In this document: positions 1 to 10,598 of the stretch, piece after piece | How positions within the stretch are numbered: position 1 is the first letter of the stretch | How the letters are laid out: every line of letters begins with the position of its first letter | Source: an uncultured delta proteobacterium | GTDB lineage: Bacteria > Desulfobacterota > Syntrophia > Syntrophales > UBA2185 | Length of the DNA stretch: 64,000 nucleotides | Direction of reading: 5' to 3' | Assembly: GCA_963729715.1 (NCBI GenBank) | Contig: CAVSPA010000004.1 | Location: forward strand, 352,001-416,000 | The notes under the pieces: generated by a model | What the model was told of the DNA's origin: nothing | The model's input: the letters and a program-made list of their open reading frames with translations, nothing else | Database searches by the model: none | Made by a program: the position numbers and the translations under genes

Positions 1-75
1 TAATATCTTGTTCGAAAGATGGTCATATCCTGGATATAGGATGTGTCAAATATGCCGGAGATTCTTCTCATGACT

Positions 76-951
76 TTAAACCCTCTCTATTTTAACCAGC
101 CCGAAGAGACCGTATGGTTTGAAAATAAGGACGATTACCATAATGATGAAGGGAATCACTTCTTTCAGTCCGTAACCAACATAGCCGCCTGTGAATGTCT
201 GTGCGACACCTATGATCAAGCCCCCAAATATCGCCCCCTTAAATGACTCCAGACCTCCGACCAGTGCAGCGGCTATGGCAATCAGGCCGATTTCTGTCAG
301 TCCGAAATCAATCCCCCTGACATATCCCAGGAGAAACCCGCCGATAGTCGCAACAATGGCTGCAATCGCCCATGATTGAGCGATAGCCCTCGTCACCCTG
401 ATACCCATGCTCTGCGCGAGTTGATGACTCTCCGCCGCAGCCCTCATGTGGAGACCGGTTCTTGAATAGTTGAAAAACAAGCTCAGGATAACCACTAGGA
501 TTAATCCAAAAAAGAACATTCCTATGGTGACGTTCGAAATAGGAACGTCGAAAATACTGATTGTTTCTTCGGTAATAAGAGCCGGGTATTTGATGCCGAT
601 ATTCGTCGACCAAAAGAGCAGGGCCAGGCCCTTTAAGAAAACGCCGATTCCCATTGTAATCATGATCGTGGCCAGGATAGGCTGGCCGATCATAGGTCGA
701 AGAGGAAAGCGCTCCAATCCATAGCCGGCCAGACCGACGATAGCCATGACCAGAATGACTGCCAGCACCGGATTCATTTCCAGAGGCTCCAGAAAGTACC
801 ACATGAGAAATGCCCCGAACATGACCATCTCACCCTGAGCAAAATTAAATATCTGAGACGATTTATATATGAGAACAAAACCTACAGCGATCAAGCCATA
901 AATGAAGCCGACGGAAATACCGGTAACAAGAAGTTGAATGAACGTAATCAT
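76..951 (-). CDS. Branched-chain amino acid ABC transporter permease (LivH-like)
   Basis: 291-aa hydrophobic ORF with GFVLIYKSSQIFNFAQGE and SRTGLHMRAAAE motifs typical of BPD_transp_2 permeases; same operon as an ABC ATPase. Confidence 0.9.
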   Translation of the reverse strand: MITFIQLLVTGISVGFIYGLIAVGFVLIYKSSQIFNFAQGEMVMFGAFLMWYFLEPLEMNPVLAVILVMAIVGLAGYGLERFPLRPMIGQPILATIMITMGIGVFLKGLALLFWSTNIGIKYPALITEETISIFDVPISNVTIGMFFFGLILVVILSLFFNYSRTGLHMRAAAESHQLAQSMGIRVTRAIAQSWAIAAIVATIGGFLLGYVRGIDFGLTEIGLIAIAAALVGGLESFKGAIFGGLIIGVAQTFTGGYVGYGLKEVIPFIIMVIVLIFKPYGLFGLVKIERV

Positions 952-2852
952 GCCTTTTCCTCCTCGGGCGTCCAGATCAATATATGAGTTTTCATGGTCG
1001 CCTGCCTGCCGTCCTGATATTTAACCTGCGTTTCAACATCGATCCCGGGCTCCACGCCGTATATTGCTTCCACCAGTTCCTTGTAGCGGTCCTCCATGAA
1101 TCCCCTTCTGATTTTTCTCGTACGCGTCAACTCCTCCTCGTCGGGATCAAATTCCTTGTGCAGGAGTACGAATTTTTTCACTTTTGTCTCGTTGGAAAAT
1201 CCTTCGTTCACCCGTCGAATATCCTTCGCGATGAGACCGGCAACTTCCTTCTTCTGTGAAAGATCAGCGAAGGTCGTATAATTGATGTGATGCTCCTCCG
1301 CCCACTTGCCGACATTATCAAAATCGATGATGATGATGATCGCGATGAACTCTCTCTTCTCGCCGAGAGACATCGCATCTTTGATGTAGGGACTGAACCG
1401 CAGTCGACCTTCGATATACTGGGGAGCATACCTTGTCCCGTTCGTAAGGGTGCTCATGTCGCTTAAGCGGTCCAGAAACACCAGGTGACCATTCTTATCA
1501 ATAAAACCGGAATCTCCTGTGTGAACCCATCCGTCCACAAGAGTCTCCTCGGTCTTCTTGTCATTTCTGAAGTACCCGGAAAATATCTGAGGACCCCTGA
1601 CCAGAATTTCTTGCTCTGCAGATATCTTGACCTCAGCAGAGGGTGAGATATTACCCAATGTTTCAAAAAATATTTCGTCAGAGCGATGTCCCGCAACAAA
1701 ACCTGCTTCCGTACTCCCGTATATCTGCTTCAGGCGCACGCCCAGAGCACTCCAAAAGCGGAAGGTGTCAACGCTCATTGCTGCGCTGCCGGTTGCGGCA
1801 ATTTTACAGTTTCTAAGACCGAAATTTTCCCTTAAGGGATAAAAGATGAGCAGATCGGCAATCTTGATGAGAAGTCGCCAAAGAAGATCACCTTTCAGTT
1901 CCTTCTCCATGAAATCGACCCTCTTGTAACCCACCTTGAGAAACAGTTTATAAAGCAATCTGTTGAGGTAGGCTGCCTCACTTATTCTGACCTGTATGGT
2001 TCTTGCCATATCCTCCCACTGCCTTGGTCCGTAGAGCACAAAAGTGGGACCGATCTCTCTCATATCCTCCCGCACTGTCTCGGGCTCCTCTGCAAAATTA
2101 AGGATGACCCCTCCCACAATATGCGCCGCTGTGGCGATCATGCCTTCTCCAATCCATGCCGCAGGCAGATATGAAAAAAGGTTATCTGTAACAGTCAACG
2201 GGTTGTATTCAAGAAAGGACTTCCCGGAACTTATCAGGGACCGGTGCGACACCATCCCTGCCTTTTGCTCACCGGAGGTGCCGGAGGTGTAATACAACGC
2301 CGCCACGTCATCGGCTGAACCCATGTTGAGATTTTTCTCAAAGGCTGCAGGATGACTCTTTTCGTAGGATTTTCCCAGTTCAATGGCTTCAGTATAGGAC
2401 ATTAGAAGGGGATCATGATAATTTCTTAAGCCTTTCGGGTCCCAATAGATGACTTTTTTCAGACGCGGAATTGTATCTCTGATCTCCAGAAACTTATCAA
2501 CCTGCTCCTGATCATTCGCAACTACGATGATGGATTCCGAATGACTGAACATAAATTCAACCTGGGAGGGCACCATATCGGTGTAGATCCCGACCAGTAT
2601 CCCCCCGGCAGCCTGCGCAGCTAATTCTGCCCAGAACCACTCGGGCTCATTTTCTCCTATGATGGCAACCTTATCGCCACGCTGGAGTCCAAGCTCAAGA
2701 AAACATAATGACAGATAGCGCACATTCTCGTAGGCATTCCGCCAGGTATATTCTTTCCATATCCCAAAATCCTTTTTCCGCATGGCCACGCTGTCGGGCA
2801 TCTTTTCATACTGGCTTACAAGAAGTTTAGGAAAGGTGTCGTAATCCCTCAT
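948..2852 (-). CDS. Long-chain fatty acid--CoA ligase (AMP-binding family)
   Basis: YYTSGTSGEQKA AMP-binding signature, YGSTE and HTGDSG motifs; overlaps the permease start. Confidence 0.9.
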   Translation of the reverse strand: MRDYDTFPKLLVSQYEKMPDSVAMRKKDFGIWKEYTWRNAYENVRYLSLCFLELGLQRGDKVAIIGENEPEWFWAELAAQAAGGILVGIYTDMVPSQVEFMFSHSESIIVVANDQEQVDKFLEIRDTIPRLKKVIYWDPKGLRNYHDPLLMSYTEAIELGKSYEKSHPAAFEKNLNMGSADDVAALYYTSGTSGEQKAGMVSHRSLISSGKSFLEYNPLTVTDNLFSYLPAAWIGEGMIATAAHIVGGVILNFAEEPETVREDMREIGPTFVLYGPRQWEDMARTIQVRISEAAYLNRLLYKLFLKVGYKRVDFMEKELKGDLLWRLLIKIADLLIFYPLRENFGLRNCKIAATGSAAMSVDTFRFWSALGVRLKQIYGSTEAGFVAGHRSDEIFFETLGNISPSAEVKISAEQEILVRGPQIFSGYFRNDKKTEETLVDGWVHTGDSGFIDKNGHLVFLDRLSDMSTLTNGTRYAPQYIEGRLRFSPYIKDAMSLGEKREFIAIIIIIDFDNVGKWAEEHHINYTTFADLSQKKEVAGLIAKDIRRVNEGFSNETKVKKFVLLHKEFDPDEEELTRTRKIRRGFMEDRYKELVEAIYGVEPGIDVETQVKYQDGRQATMKTHILIWTPEEEKA

Positions 2853-2877
2853 GCTTCCTTAATCCCCCTCAAAATAT

Positions 2878-3636
2878 TTACTGTCCCAAATAAGCATTGA
2901 TAACTTTTTCACTGTGCATGATCTCTTCCGGTACTCCTTCGTCAATCTTCTTGCCAAAATCCAAGACAATGACTCGATCGGAAATATCCATCACGACTCC
3001 CATGTCGTGTGATATCAGTATTATAGGGATCTTTTTCTCTTCGAAGATGTCCACGACGAAACGAGCCATGTCTTCCTTTTCCTCAATGTTCATCCCCGAC
3101 ATGGGCTCGTCGAGCAACAGGAGCTTCGGCTCTATAGCCAGAGCCCGCCCCAGCTCTATTCTTTTTCTCATTCCATAAGGCAGGGAGCCGACAATTTTCT
3201 TTCTGGCCGGCTTGATCTCGAGGAAATCTATTATCTCTTCTACGACTTCTCTATGACAGACTTCTTCACGGAGAGCCTTGCCGTAGTAAAGCGCTGTATG
3301 CATTACACCAGTATCAAAATGAACATGACGGGCTGCCAAGATATTGTCCAACGCGGTCAAGCCGTTGAACAATTCAACGTTCTGGAATGTTCGAGCTATT
3401 CCCATTTGTGTTCTCTTGTAAATCGGCACATTTCTCAGTGTTTTGCCGTCAAAAGAAAGAGAACCCTGTTGCGGTCTGTAATACCCGCTGATGCAATTTA
3501 AGAGTGATGTTTTGCCAGCCCCATTTGGTCCTATGATCGAGAGAATTTCATTCCTTTCAAGCCCAACACTCACACCATCAAGTGCTTTCAAATCACCAAA
3601 ACTCAGACTAATATTCTCAATTATAAGCTGCGGCAT
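2878..3636 (-). CDS. ABC transporter ATP-binding protein (LivG-like)
   Basis: Walker A GPNGAGKT, LPYGMRKRIELGRAL signature, LLLLDEP Walker B. Confidence 0.92.
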   Translation of the reverse strand: MPQLIIENISLSFGDLKALDGVSVGLERNEILSIIGPNGAGKTSLLNCISGYYRPQQGSLSFDGKTLRNVPIYKRTQMGIARTFQNVELFNGLTALDNILAARHVHFDTGVMHTALYYGKALREEVCHREVVEEIIDFLEIKPARKKIVGSLPYGMRKRIELGRALAIEPKLLLLDEPMSGMNIEEKEDMARFVVDIFEEKKIPIILISHDMGVVMDISDRVIVLDFGKKIDEGVPEEIMHSEKVINAYLGQ

Positions 3637-3638
3637 TG

Positions 3639-4247
3639 TTAAACCCTTCCCCCATCTTCTTTATCCAGTATTCCATGAAATATTATATCCACCATCTGAT
3701 CAATGGCGTCACTCTCGGAAAGAGAACCATTTGAATCAAACCAGTAGCCCATCCAGTGCGTCATGGAGATGATCTGAAACGATATTAAATTGATGTCTAT
3801 CCTAGTATTGAGATCTCTGATATCCTGGAGCTTACTTCTCAAGATGTGAAAGATTGCTCTCTCCTTCTCTACGAGTTTATTTCTCTCCTTTGCTGTTAGC
3901 TGGTGACGGTCCCGAAGAACTATTAGGCTACTTTTTCTATTTCTCAACAGGCATTTCGCATATGTTTTGATGAGAGCCTCTGATGATTCCCGCGGATTCA
4001 TTTTTTTCTCCTCAGCCGTTCTGAGGCACTCCCTTAATGCATTAATCACGCTGTCTGCATAAGTCAGCAACACATAGGATAATATGTCTCCTTTGGATTT
4101 GAAATAATGGTAAATTCCGGCCTTGCTTATTTTTCCTTTGCCCGAGATATCCTGCAGGGATGCGACTTTATAACCTTTGGCAACGAATACATCACGCGCT
4201 ATCTTTCCGATGTATTCCCTTTTTTGGTCGATACTCTTTGCAGACAT
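3639..4247 (-). CDS. TetR/AcrR family transcriptional regulator
   Basis: N-terminal HTH ARDVFVAKGYKVASLQDISGKGKISKAGIYHYFKSK; start placed at ATG 4247 (ORF track extends to 4394). Confidence 0.85.
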   Translation of the reverse strand: MSAKSIDQKREYIGKIARDVFVAKGYKVASLQDISGKGKISKAGIYHYFKSKGDILSYVLLTYADSVINALRECLRTAEEKKMNPRESSEALIKTYAKCLLRNRKSSLIVLRDRHQLTAKERNKLVEKERAIFHILRSKLQDIRDLNTRIDINLISFQIISMTHWMGYWFDSNGSLSESDAIDQMVDIIFHGILDKEDGGRV

Positions 4248-4390
4248 TGCCGATTGGTTTCCCTTAGTGCAAAAAGCTTCTTTTTGAGAACAATTCTTAT
4301 TGGAGGAGCCTAATATTGAGAACCGCTGATCGGTCAGTTCTTCGACCGTCCGGCCGGTCGTTTTTTCTGTACTCGCATTTAAGCGTCCTG

Positions 4391-4945
4391 TCAAGGTCTT
4401 TCTCTCCTTTTTTGCATTTTTTCAATCAACTTCATGTCGTCCAGAGTGAGACCCGCCTGCTTCATGGCCTTTTGAATCGTATAAGCCGGAATGACGGCCA
4501 TCTCACGGGGAGTAGTAGCCGAAGCCACTACGGAAACTATTGATGCCATGGGCTTTAGACCTTTATCTTTCGCCTTCTTGGCGGTCATGATAAGAATCGA
4601 GCTAGCCCCGGCACTTATAGTGGGAGCATTTCCCGGTGTCACGGTGGGGCTGCCGTATACGGGTTAAATTTAGCGAAAGCTTCCATGCTAGTCCTCTTCG
4701 GAGATTCATCTTTTTCGATAACGATAGGATCACCTTTCTTTTGCGGAATCACGACCGGCATGAGTTCCTCGCCGATCTTGAACTTCCCTTCCGCAAAGGC
4801 CTTTACGTACCTCTCCTGGCTCCCGAGAGCCCAGGCATCCTGCATCTCCCTTGTCACGCCGTATTTCACTACAACTTCTCCCGCATCTTTAGCAAGGGCG
4901 TTGAATCCCTTTGCCGTGTAGCCGAGCTCAAAGAGATTACGGCGA
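4391..4945 (-). pseudogene. Thiolase (acetyl-CoA acyltransferase) internal fragment, frameshifted
   Basis: Two frames give YGVTREMQDAWALGSQ...KDESP and TPGNAPTISAGAS...LTLDDMKLIE, joined by a frameshift near 4655; both termini missing. Confidence 0.8.
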
Positions 4946-5318
4946 CACTAGAGGCCCGATGGCAGACTTTAAATATCAGCTCACCCACGAAGTGCTGGAG
5001 GCCAAATTCGTGATCCTGATGATTGAAAGCATCCATCAATTTGGCAGTGCACACTTCCTTTTAAACTCTAAGCCTTATGGAATATGGCCAATGGAAAGCA
5101 CATATTGCAAAGTACGAGCCTTTCCGCTAAATTAATACTTATGATGTATTACGTGATAGATATTCATTGAAATCGAGATGATCGCTTATCCCTTGGGAGT
5201 GATTAGAAATATCATTTAATGGTTCCAGTGTTTCCCTGCCCTCGCCACATATATAAATGATAGCATCTTTTCCCGGTTGTGATGAATTTTGCCCAATCCA
5301 TTCTCATTTTTGAGAGAT

Positions 5319-5900
5319 ATGAAAATGTCATTCAGCAAAGGCTATCCCGCTCAATACGAAAGCCGGCTCAAGCTTAAGGACGGGAGAGAGGTATTTGTCA
5401 GGCCTGTTCTACAGACTGACAGAGATCTTCTTGTCGATTTGTTCAATAAACTTTCCGTCGAGTCCATACGCCTGCGTTTTATGAGGCTACTCCCGGCCCT
5501 GCCGGAAGAGATGCTTTTCCAATTCACACACGTCAACTATGATACTGAATTTGCCCTTGTGGCTGTGATCCCGGAGTATGGATTGCCGCTCGGAGGACCG
5601 AAGGAAAAGCTGCTCGGGACACACAAAGAAGGGATTATTGCTGTAGCCCGCTATGCTTTTGATCCTCAAGCTAATGGCACTGATTTCGCTGTTGCGGTCC
5701 GTGATGACTGGCAGAATAGGGGCCTCGGCAAATTATTATTGGGGAAGCTCTTTGCCATCGGCAAAGAGCACGGTATTTCGCGTTTCGTGAGTGTGATTAG
5801 TCCCCAGAATAATATCATCAGACAGACCCTTGCAGGACTCGGGTACGAGGTTACGTATTCTTGGCAAGATGGAATCTTTCAAGTTCAGGTTCTCGCCTGA
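5319..5900 (+). CDS. GNAT family N-acetyltransferase (similar to the GNAT domain of acyl-CoA synthetase fusions)
   Basis: LKDGREVFVRP...AVAVRDDWQNRGLGKLLL acetyl-CoA binding motif. Confidence 0.85.
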   Translation: MKMSFSKGYPAQYESRLKLKDGREVFVRPVLQTDRDLLVDLFNKLSVESIRLRFMRLLPALPEEMLFQFTHVNYDTEFALVAVIPEYGLPLGGPKEKLLGTHKEGIIAVARYAFDPQANGTDFAVAVRDDWQNRGLGKLLLGKLFAIGKEHGISRFVSVISPQNNIIRQTLAGLGYEVTYSWQDGIFQVQVLA

Positions 5901-6461
5901 GATCCGAGTAAATCTCCATATTTGTCGGTGCGCCTGTTGGTGAGCGGTGATGCAAACTGCGCTATCGGATAACCGGCAGAACCAAGGATATGGATCAAAT
6001 CGAATCCCCCTTCTATGGCCCTCCGCCTCCTCAACCTCGGCGGTCGTAATGGGACGCGGTCTTTGCTTTCCTGCCCTCGTCGCAACATCAGAAGGACCGA
6101 TATATTCAAACGGCCCGCCGCGCTTCTTGGCATAATTCTCCTCAAACGCGAGCTCTACGCCCACCTTCGCGCCATAGGCATGACATGCATCCGTAAGTTT
6201 ACGGATCCCAGGAATGAACTTGTCATCATACATTCCGATCCCGAGGGGGTTGTGGGGATAGTTCACGGTAAAGTACCCTATATTTATTAAACCTACGCCT
6301 CCCTTTGCACGCTCCTCATAAAACTTAATCATGCGGTCGGTAACATAATCGTCAATACCGAAATTGTCCGTGACAGGGGCAAATTCCACCCGGTTCTTGA
6401 GCTCCATCCTTCCTATCTTGATAGGACTGAGAAGATGCTTTAACTTTGGCATATATGACAT
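5885..6461 (-). pseudogene. NADH:flavin oxidoreductase (OYE-like) N-terminal fragment, frameshifted and truncated
   Basis: LLSPIKIGRMELKNRV...FYEERAKGGVGLI in one frame; GGFDLIHILGSAGYPIAQFASPLTNRRTDKYG in another; ends abruptly against the convergent GNAT gene. Confidence 0.8.
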
Positions 6462-6510
6462 TGACCTCCTAAGTTTTCTTGTTTATGCTCGTTCACAACC
6501 GTGGCTTGGA

Positions 6511-6615
6511 ATGCTTAAGGCTAACATACCAAAGATAGAGATTACAAAGAAATTGGGAATAGCGAGAAGCACACTATATCGAAAATTGAATGGAATCCAA
6601 AATTATGCGCAATAG
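6511..6615 (+). pseudogene. Helix-turn-helix remnant (resolvase/Fis-type C-terminal HTH)
   Basis: IPKIEITKKLGIARSTLYRKL with no upstream domain. Confidence 0.35.
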
Positions 6616-6735
6616 TAAATATCTAAGCATGCACTAAGGGGAGTTGTGCAAAGAGCCATCATAAATGAATCGCTTTGCATTTATTGATGTGGCTTGCGTC
6701 ATGCTACATTTCATCAGCGTGGAATCGGTAAAAAG

Positions 6736-7641
6736 ATGGAAGAGACAAGGTTCGGCAATATAGTTTTTGTTCCGGGGACAGGTGGCGGAAGATATCCCTT
6801 TTGCAATTCTTTGTATATCGATGACGAGAAAAGGGCGATCATCGATCCTGCTTCGGACGAAACATTCCTAAAGAAGCTCGCCGGAGAAAAACGGGTCGAT
6901 ATAATAATTAATTCCCATTACCACGAGGATCATATCGCCTTTAATCACCTCTTTCCGCAAGCAGAGCTTTACGTGCACGAGGCAATAGGCGCCTGCTTCA
7001 AGTCTTATAGTTTATTTCTCGACTACTGCGGATTGCTCGGTTCCAAATACAGGGCGGAGTGGGACGATCTTTTTCTTAATAAATTTCATTTCGAGGAGCG
7101 CGCACCCTCTCTCGAGTTTGCGGACGGGGATCTTCTAATTTTCGGCGATACAAAGATGCGGGTTATCCATACCCCCGGCCACACCGCCGGACATTGCAGT
7201 TTTCATTTTCCCGATCAGGGAATACTATTCCTGGGGGATCTCGACCTTTCCCGCTTCGGTCCTTGGTACGGCGACAGGGTCTCGGACATTGATCAGACCA
7301 TACAATCCATGCGCAGATTATTGGAAATCCCCGCACACATCTATATCACCTCGCACGAAACGGGTATAATCAGGGGCGATATTACAGAGCTCGTCGAAGC
7401 GTATCTTAATGTTATTACGCAGAGGGAAGAAAGGTTATTGGAATTCCTCGAAAGGCCGAGAACTGCAGATGAGATTGTCGAGAGGTGGATCATTTTCAAA
7501 AGAGAGCTTCGCCCGCGCTATTTTTTCGAGTTCGCCGAACGGGGAATGATAGTAAAGCACCTCGAGCGATTAATCAGAAATGGCAATGTCGTGACCAAAG
7601 AAGGTAAATTCAATCTGATCTCATCTCCTGACAAAATATGA
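6736..7641 (+). CDS. MBL-fold metallo-hydrolase
   Basis: SHYHEDH, HTPGHTAGH and GDLD motifs. Confidence 0.9.
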   Translation: MEETRFGNIVFVPGTGGGRYPFCNSLYIDDEKRAIIDPASDETFLKKLAGEKRVDIIINSHYHEDHIAFNHLFPQAELYVHEAIGACFKSYSLFLDYCGLLGSKYRAEWDDLFLNKFHFEERAPSLEFADGDLLIFGDTKMRVIHTPGHTAGHCSFHFPDQGILFLGDLDLSRFGPWYGDRVSDIDQTIQSMRRLLEIPAHIYITSHETGIIRGDITELVEAYLNVITQREERLLEFLERPRTADEIVERWIIFKRELRPRYFFEFAERGMIVKHLERLIRNGNVVTKEGKFNLISSPDKI

Positions 7642-7780
7642 CTGCATCTTCTCATAAAGTGCCTCATTACCAGCTTCGATGCTTAACTTTTCCCAATTTA
7701 CCAGTCGCAAACTTGCCATCGTTCATGTTAACGATGACTTTGAACACTTCCATATCGGAAACCTAAATAGGGAGGCAGCC

Positions 7781-10096
7781 ATGCTGAGAGAGCCCATTAT
7801 CAGAGCAATCATTATACCGATCCTGTCCATGCTGGTCGCAGGCGCCTGGGGATGTGCGGGCATGCTCGTACCGAAGGAGGACCAGTTGATGCCTGCCGCA
7901 CGTTACGCGGAACTGGAGACTTACATGGAAAGTCAGGTTAAAGACCTGCATTCGGCTTCAACGCGACAGTTGATGTACCTCTGTTACTCCTATTCAAGGC
8001 TCAAGAAATACAACAAGCTTTTCCCCTGCCTCGATCAGTTCGACGCCAATATCGATAAGGGCGATATCACTGTAAACATGTTCGATATGTCTATCATGCC
8101 TTATCTGCTTCGGGCTGAGGCCTATTTAGAATTCGGAGATTATGGAAAGGCGGTTGGAGAAGCCCAAAAGGCTTATGCCATCGTAACAAAAAAAGACCTC
8201 CACCGATACATGCGGATTCAGGCTCTAAACGTTCTTGGCCTCGCACAGGCCCTCTCCGGCAACAGAGAGAAGGCGATAGAATGCGCCAGATCTCTCGAAG
8301 ATATCGGCACTCACTATCCCTTTACGTTCTTGAAGACTGATAAGCTGAACGGCCTTTCACGGATATATATGGCCTTGGGAGATTTCCAGAAGAGCCTGGC
8401 TTACATCAGTGAAGACGAAAGCATCTCCTGGTCGCGCTCAATGGCGCAGGCCGCCGTCGTACTGACAGGCGCCATGCCGGTTGGTGATGACATATTTGCA
8501 TACAGTCAATTGCCCAAGTCATTCATCCTGAATAAAAGCCTGTATGAGACCGGTTACCTCAAGGAAGCCAAAGCGGGATACGACGCCCTCCTGAAAGAGC
8601 CCCGGACGAAAGACAATACGGACATATACTGGATGATTCTCTTCGACCGCGGAAAGATTGCCGATGCCGATGGCAGCCGCAGGGAGGCAATCGACTTCTA
8701 CAGGCGTGCGGTGGACATCGTCGAGCAGCAGCGCTCGACCATCAATACCGAGGCAAGCAAGATTGGTTTTGTAGGCGACAAGCAGAATGTTTACAGCCGC
8801 CTCATCGCCGCGCTCTATATGGACGGCCAGTACGGTGCCGCCTTTGATTACGTGGAGCGGTCGAAGTCGCGTGCTCTCGTCGATCTTCTAGCCTCGAAGC
8901 AGGACTTCGCCGTGAAGGCAGGCGAAGAACGGGACGTCCGGAATCTCCTTGATATCGACAGAAAGGCGGAAGCGGAAGTCATAGCGCAGGATCTCTCACC
9001 CGAGCGGACCAAAACCCGCAGTGTCATTGTCACCGTGAAGCAGGAACTGCAGACTAAATCGCCGGAACTCGCCTCCCTTGTGAGTGTCACATCACTTTCA
9101 GTCTCTGATATACGCGTCCTCCTACCGCCTGACGAAGCGCTCATTGAGTACTATTACAGCGAAGGCGAGATGTTCGCATTCGTCTTGACGAGAGAGAGTT
9201 TGAAATCCGTGCGTCTCAACAGCGATAAGCTCGTAGAGGACATCCGTCAGTTTCGGACTCTTCTTGAGACGCCGGGTTCCTCCGATTACCCGACGCTTGC
9301 CCGGAGTCTCTACAAGAGGCTCTTTGAGCCTTTCAAAAGCATGTTGGACAAGCGGAGCCTCGCCATTGTTCCACACGGCGCCCTCCACTACCTGCCGTTT
9401 AATGCCCTGCTGAATGACAGAGGCTACCTGATTGAACAATACAGCATCCGCATACTCCCTAGCGCCAGCGTTATCAAATACCTCCACTCGAAGAAATCCA
9501 CAAAAGCCGCAGAGATTCTTGCCTTCGGCAATCCCGACCTCGGCGACCCTCACTATGACCTCGTCTATGCCCAGGAAGAGGCACAGGCGGTTGCACGCAC
9601 ACGCCCCCAGTCACGCGTGCTTCTGCGCAGGGAGGCAACGGAGTCGGCATTGAGGAAATATGGCCGGAGCTTCACTTACATCCACTTTGCCACCCACGGG
9701 CAGTTTGATTCCGATATGCCGCTCAAGTCCGCATTACTCCTCGCCGGTGACGATTGGAGCGACGGCAGGCTGACGGTGGATAAGCTTTATTCCATGAACA
9801 TCGATGCGGATCTCGTCACATTGAGCGCCTGCGAAACGGGACTCGGAAAGGTGATGAACGGCGATGACGTGGTGGGTTTGACGCGCGGCTTCCTCTACGC
9901 CGGAAGCAATTCCATTGTGTCGAGCCTCTGGAAGGTTGACGACCAGGCTACGGGAGAGCTCATGGCGGGGTTTTATAACGCCCTTAAGAATACCGGAAAA
10001 CGCCAGGCCTTGCGGCAGGCACAATTAAGCGCCCGCAAGAGATATCCTCATCCGTATTACTGGGCTTCATTTCAATTGACAGGCAGTGCGGATTAG
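7781..10096 (+). CDS. TPR + CHAT (caspase-like) domain protein, probable lipoprotein
   Basis: RBS GGAGG before ATG 7781; signal peptide ending AWGC; TPR-like helices; CHAT motifs IVPHGALHYLPF, HFATHG, LSACETG, HPYYWASF. Confidence 0.88.
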   Translation: MLREPIIRAIIIPILSMLVAGAWGCAGMLVPKEDQLMPAARYAELETYMESQVKDLHSASTRQLMYLCYSYSRLKKYNKLFPCLDQFDANIDKGDITVNMFDMSIMPYLLRAEAYLEFGDYGKAVGEAQKAYAIVTKKDLHRYMRIQALNVLGLAQALSGNREKAIECARSLEDIGTHYPFTFLKTDKLNGLSRIYMALGDFQKSLAYISEDESISWSRSMAQAAVVLTGAMPVGDDIFAYSQLPKSFILNKSLYETGYLKEAKAGYDALLKEPRTKDNTDIYWMILFDRGKIADADGSRREAIDFYRRAVDIVEQQRSTINTEASKIGFVGDKQNVYSRLIAALYMDGQYGAAFDYVERSKSRALVDLLASKQDFAVKAGEERDVRNLLDIDRKAEAEVIAQDLSPERTKTRSVIVTVKQELQTKSPELASLVSVTSLSVSDIRVLLPPDEALIEYYYSEGEMFAFVLTRESLKSVRLNSDKLVEDIRQFRTLLETPGSSDYPTLARSLYKRLFEPFKSMLDKRSLAIVPHGALHYLPFNALLNDRGYLIEQYSIRILPSASVIKYLHSKKSTKAAEILAFGNPDLGDPHYDLVYAQEEAQAVARTRPQSRVLLRREATESALRKYGRSFTYIHFATHGQFDSDMPLKSALLLAGDDWSDGRLTVDKLYSMNIDADLVTLSACETGLGKVMNGDDVVGLTRGFLYAGSNSIVSSLWKVDDQATGELMAGFYNALKNTGKRQALRQAQLSARKRYPHPYYWASFQLTGSAD

Positions 10097-10130
10097 CGGC
10101 TGGCGCCAAAAGGGTACGGGAGACGGAATG

Positions 10131-10406
10131 CTATTTACGCACGAGTGTGCCTTCCCTGGTGCCGTTCTCCGGGGTCCAGCTCATGCGTTTGTAGAGGTTC
10201 GGGCCGATCTGTTCCAGCCAGATGATTTTGTTTACGCAAGGCGTTAGTGTGAGTTGCGAAAAGCTTGAGGAAAGCTCATCAGGATCACACCGCGTTGCAT
10301 AATAAGAAACTTTATAGTCGCCTATAATCTTCGTATCTTCCTTGAAATAATACCAGACCCCTGCAAACAATAGCAGTCCAATTATGGCGATTACCAGTGC
10401 TCTCAT
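10131..10406 (-). CDS. Hypothetical small protein with N-terminal membrane anchor
   Basis: 91-aa ORF with hydrophobic N-terminus. Confidence 0.5.
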   Translation of the reverse strand: MRALVIAIIGLLLFAGVWYYFKEDTKIIGDYKVSYYATRCDPDELSSSFSQLTLTPCVNKIIWLEQIGPNLYKRMSWTPENGTREGTLVRK

Positions 10407-10598
10407 CGTTATATCTCTCGCAGGGTCTCCATTTAGCAGTTATTGCGACATATATTTACCTTCACAGTATTTCATATTACGCAAGATTCGTCAATGCACA
10501 CTTGAAACATGCACACTTGAAAAGGATGAGCCAGATTGAAGTTCACACTCGCATTTGATTTGATAAATATTTTTAGGTATTATATGGCATAATTAATC

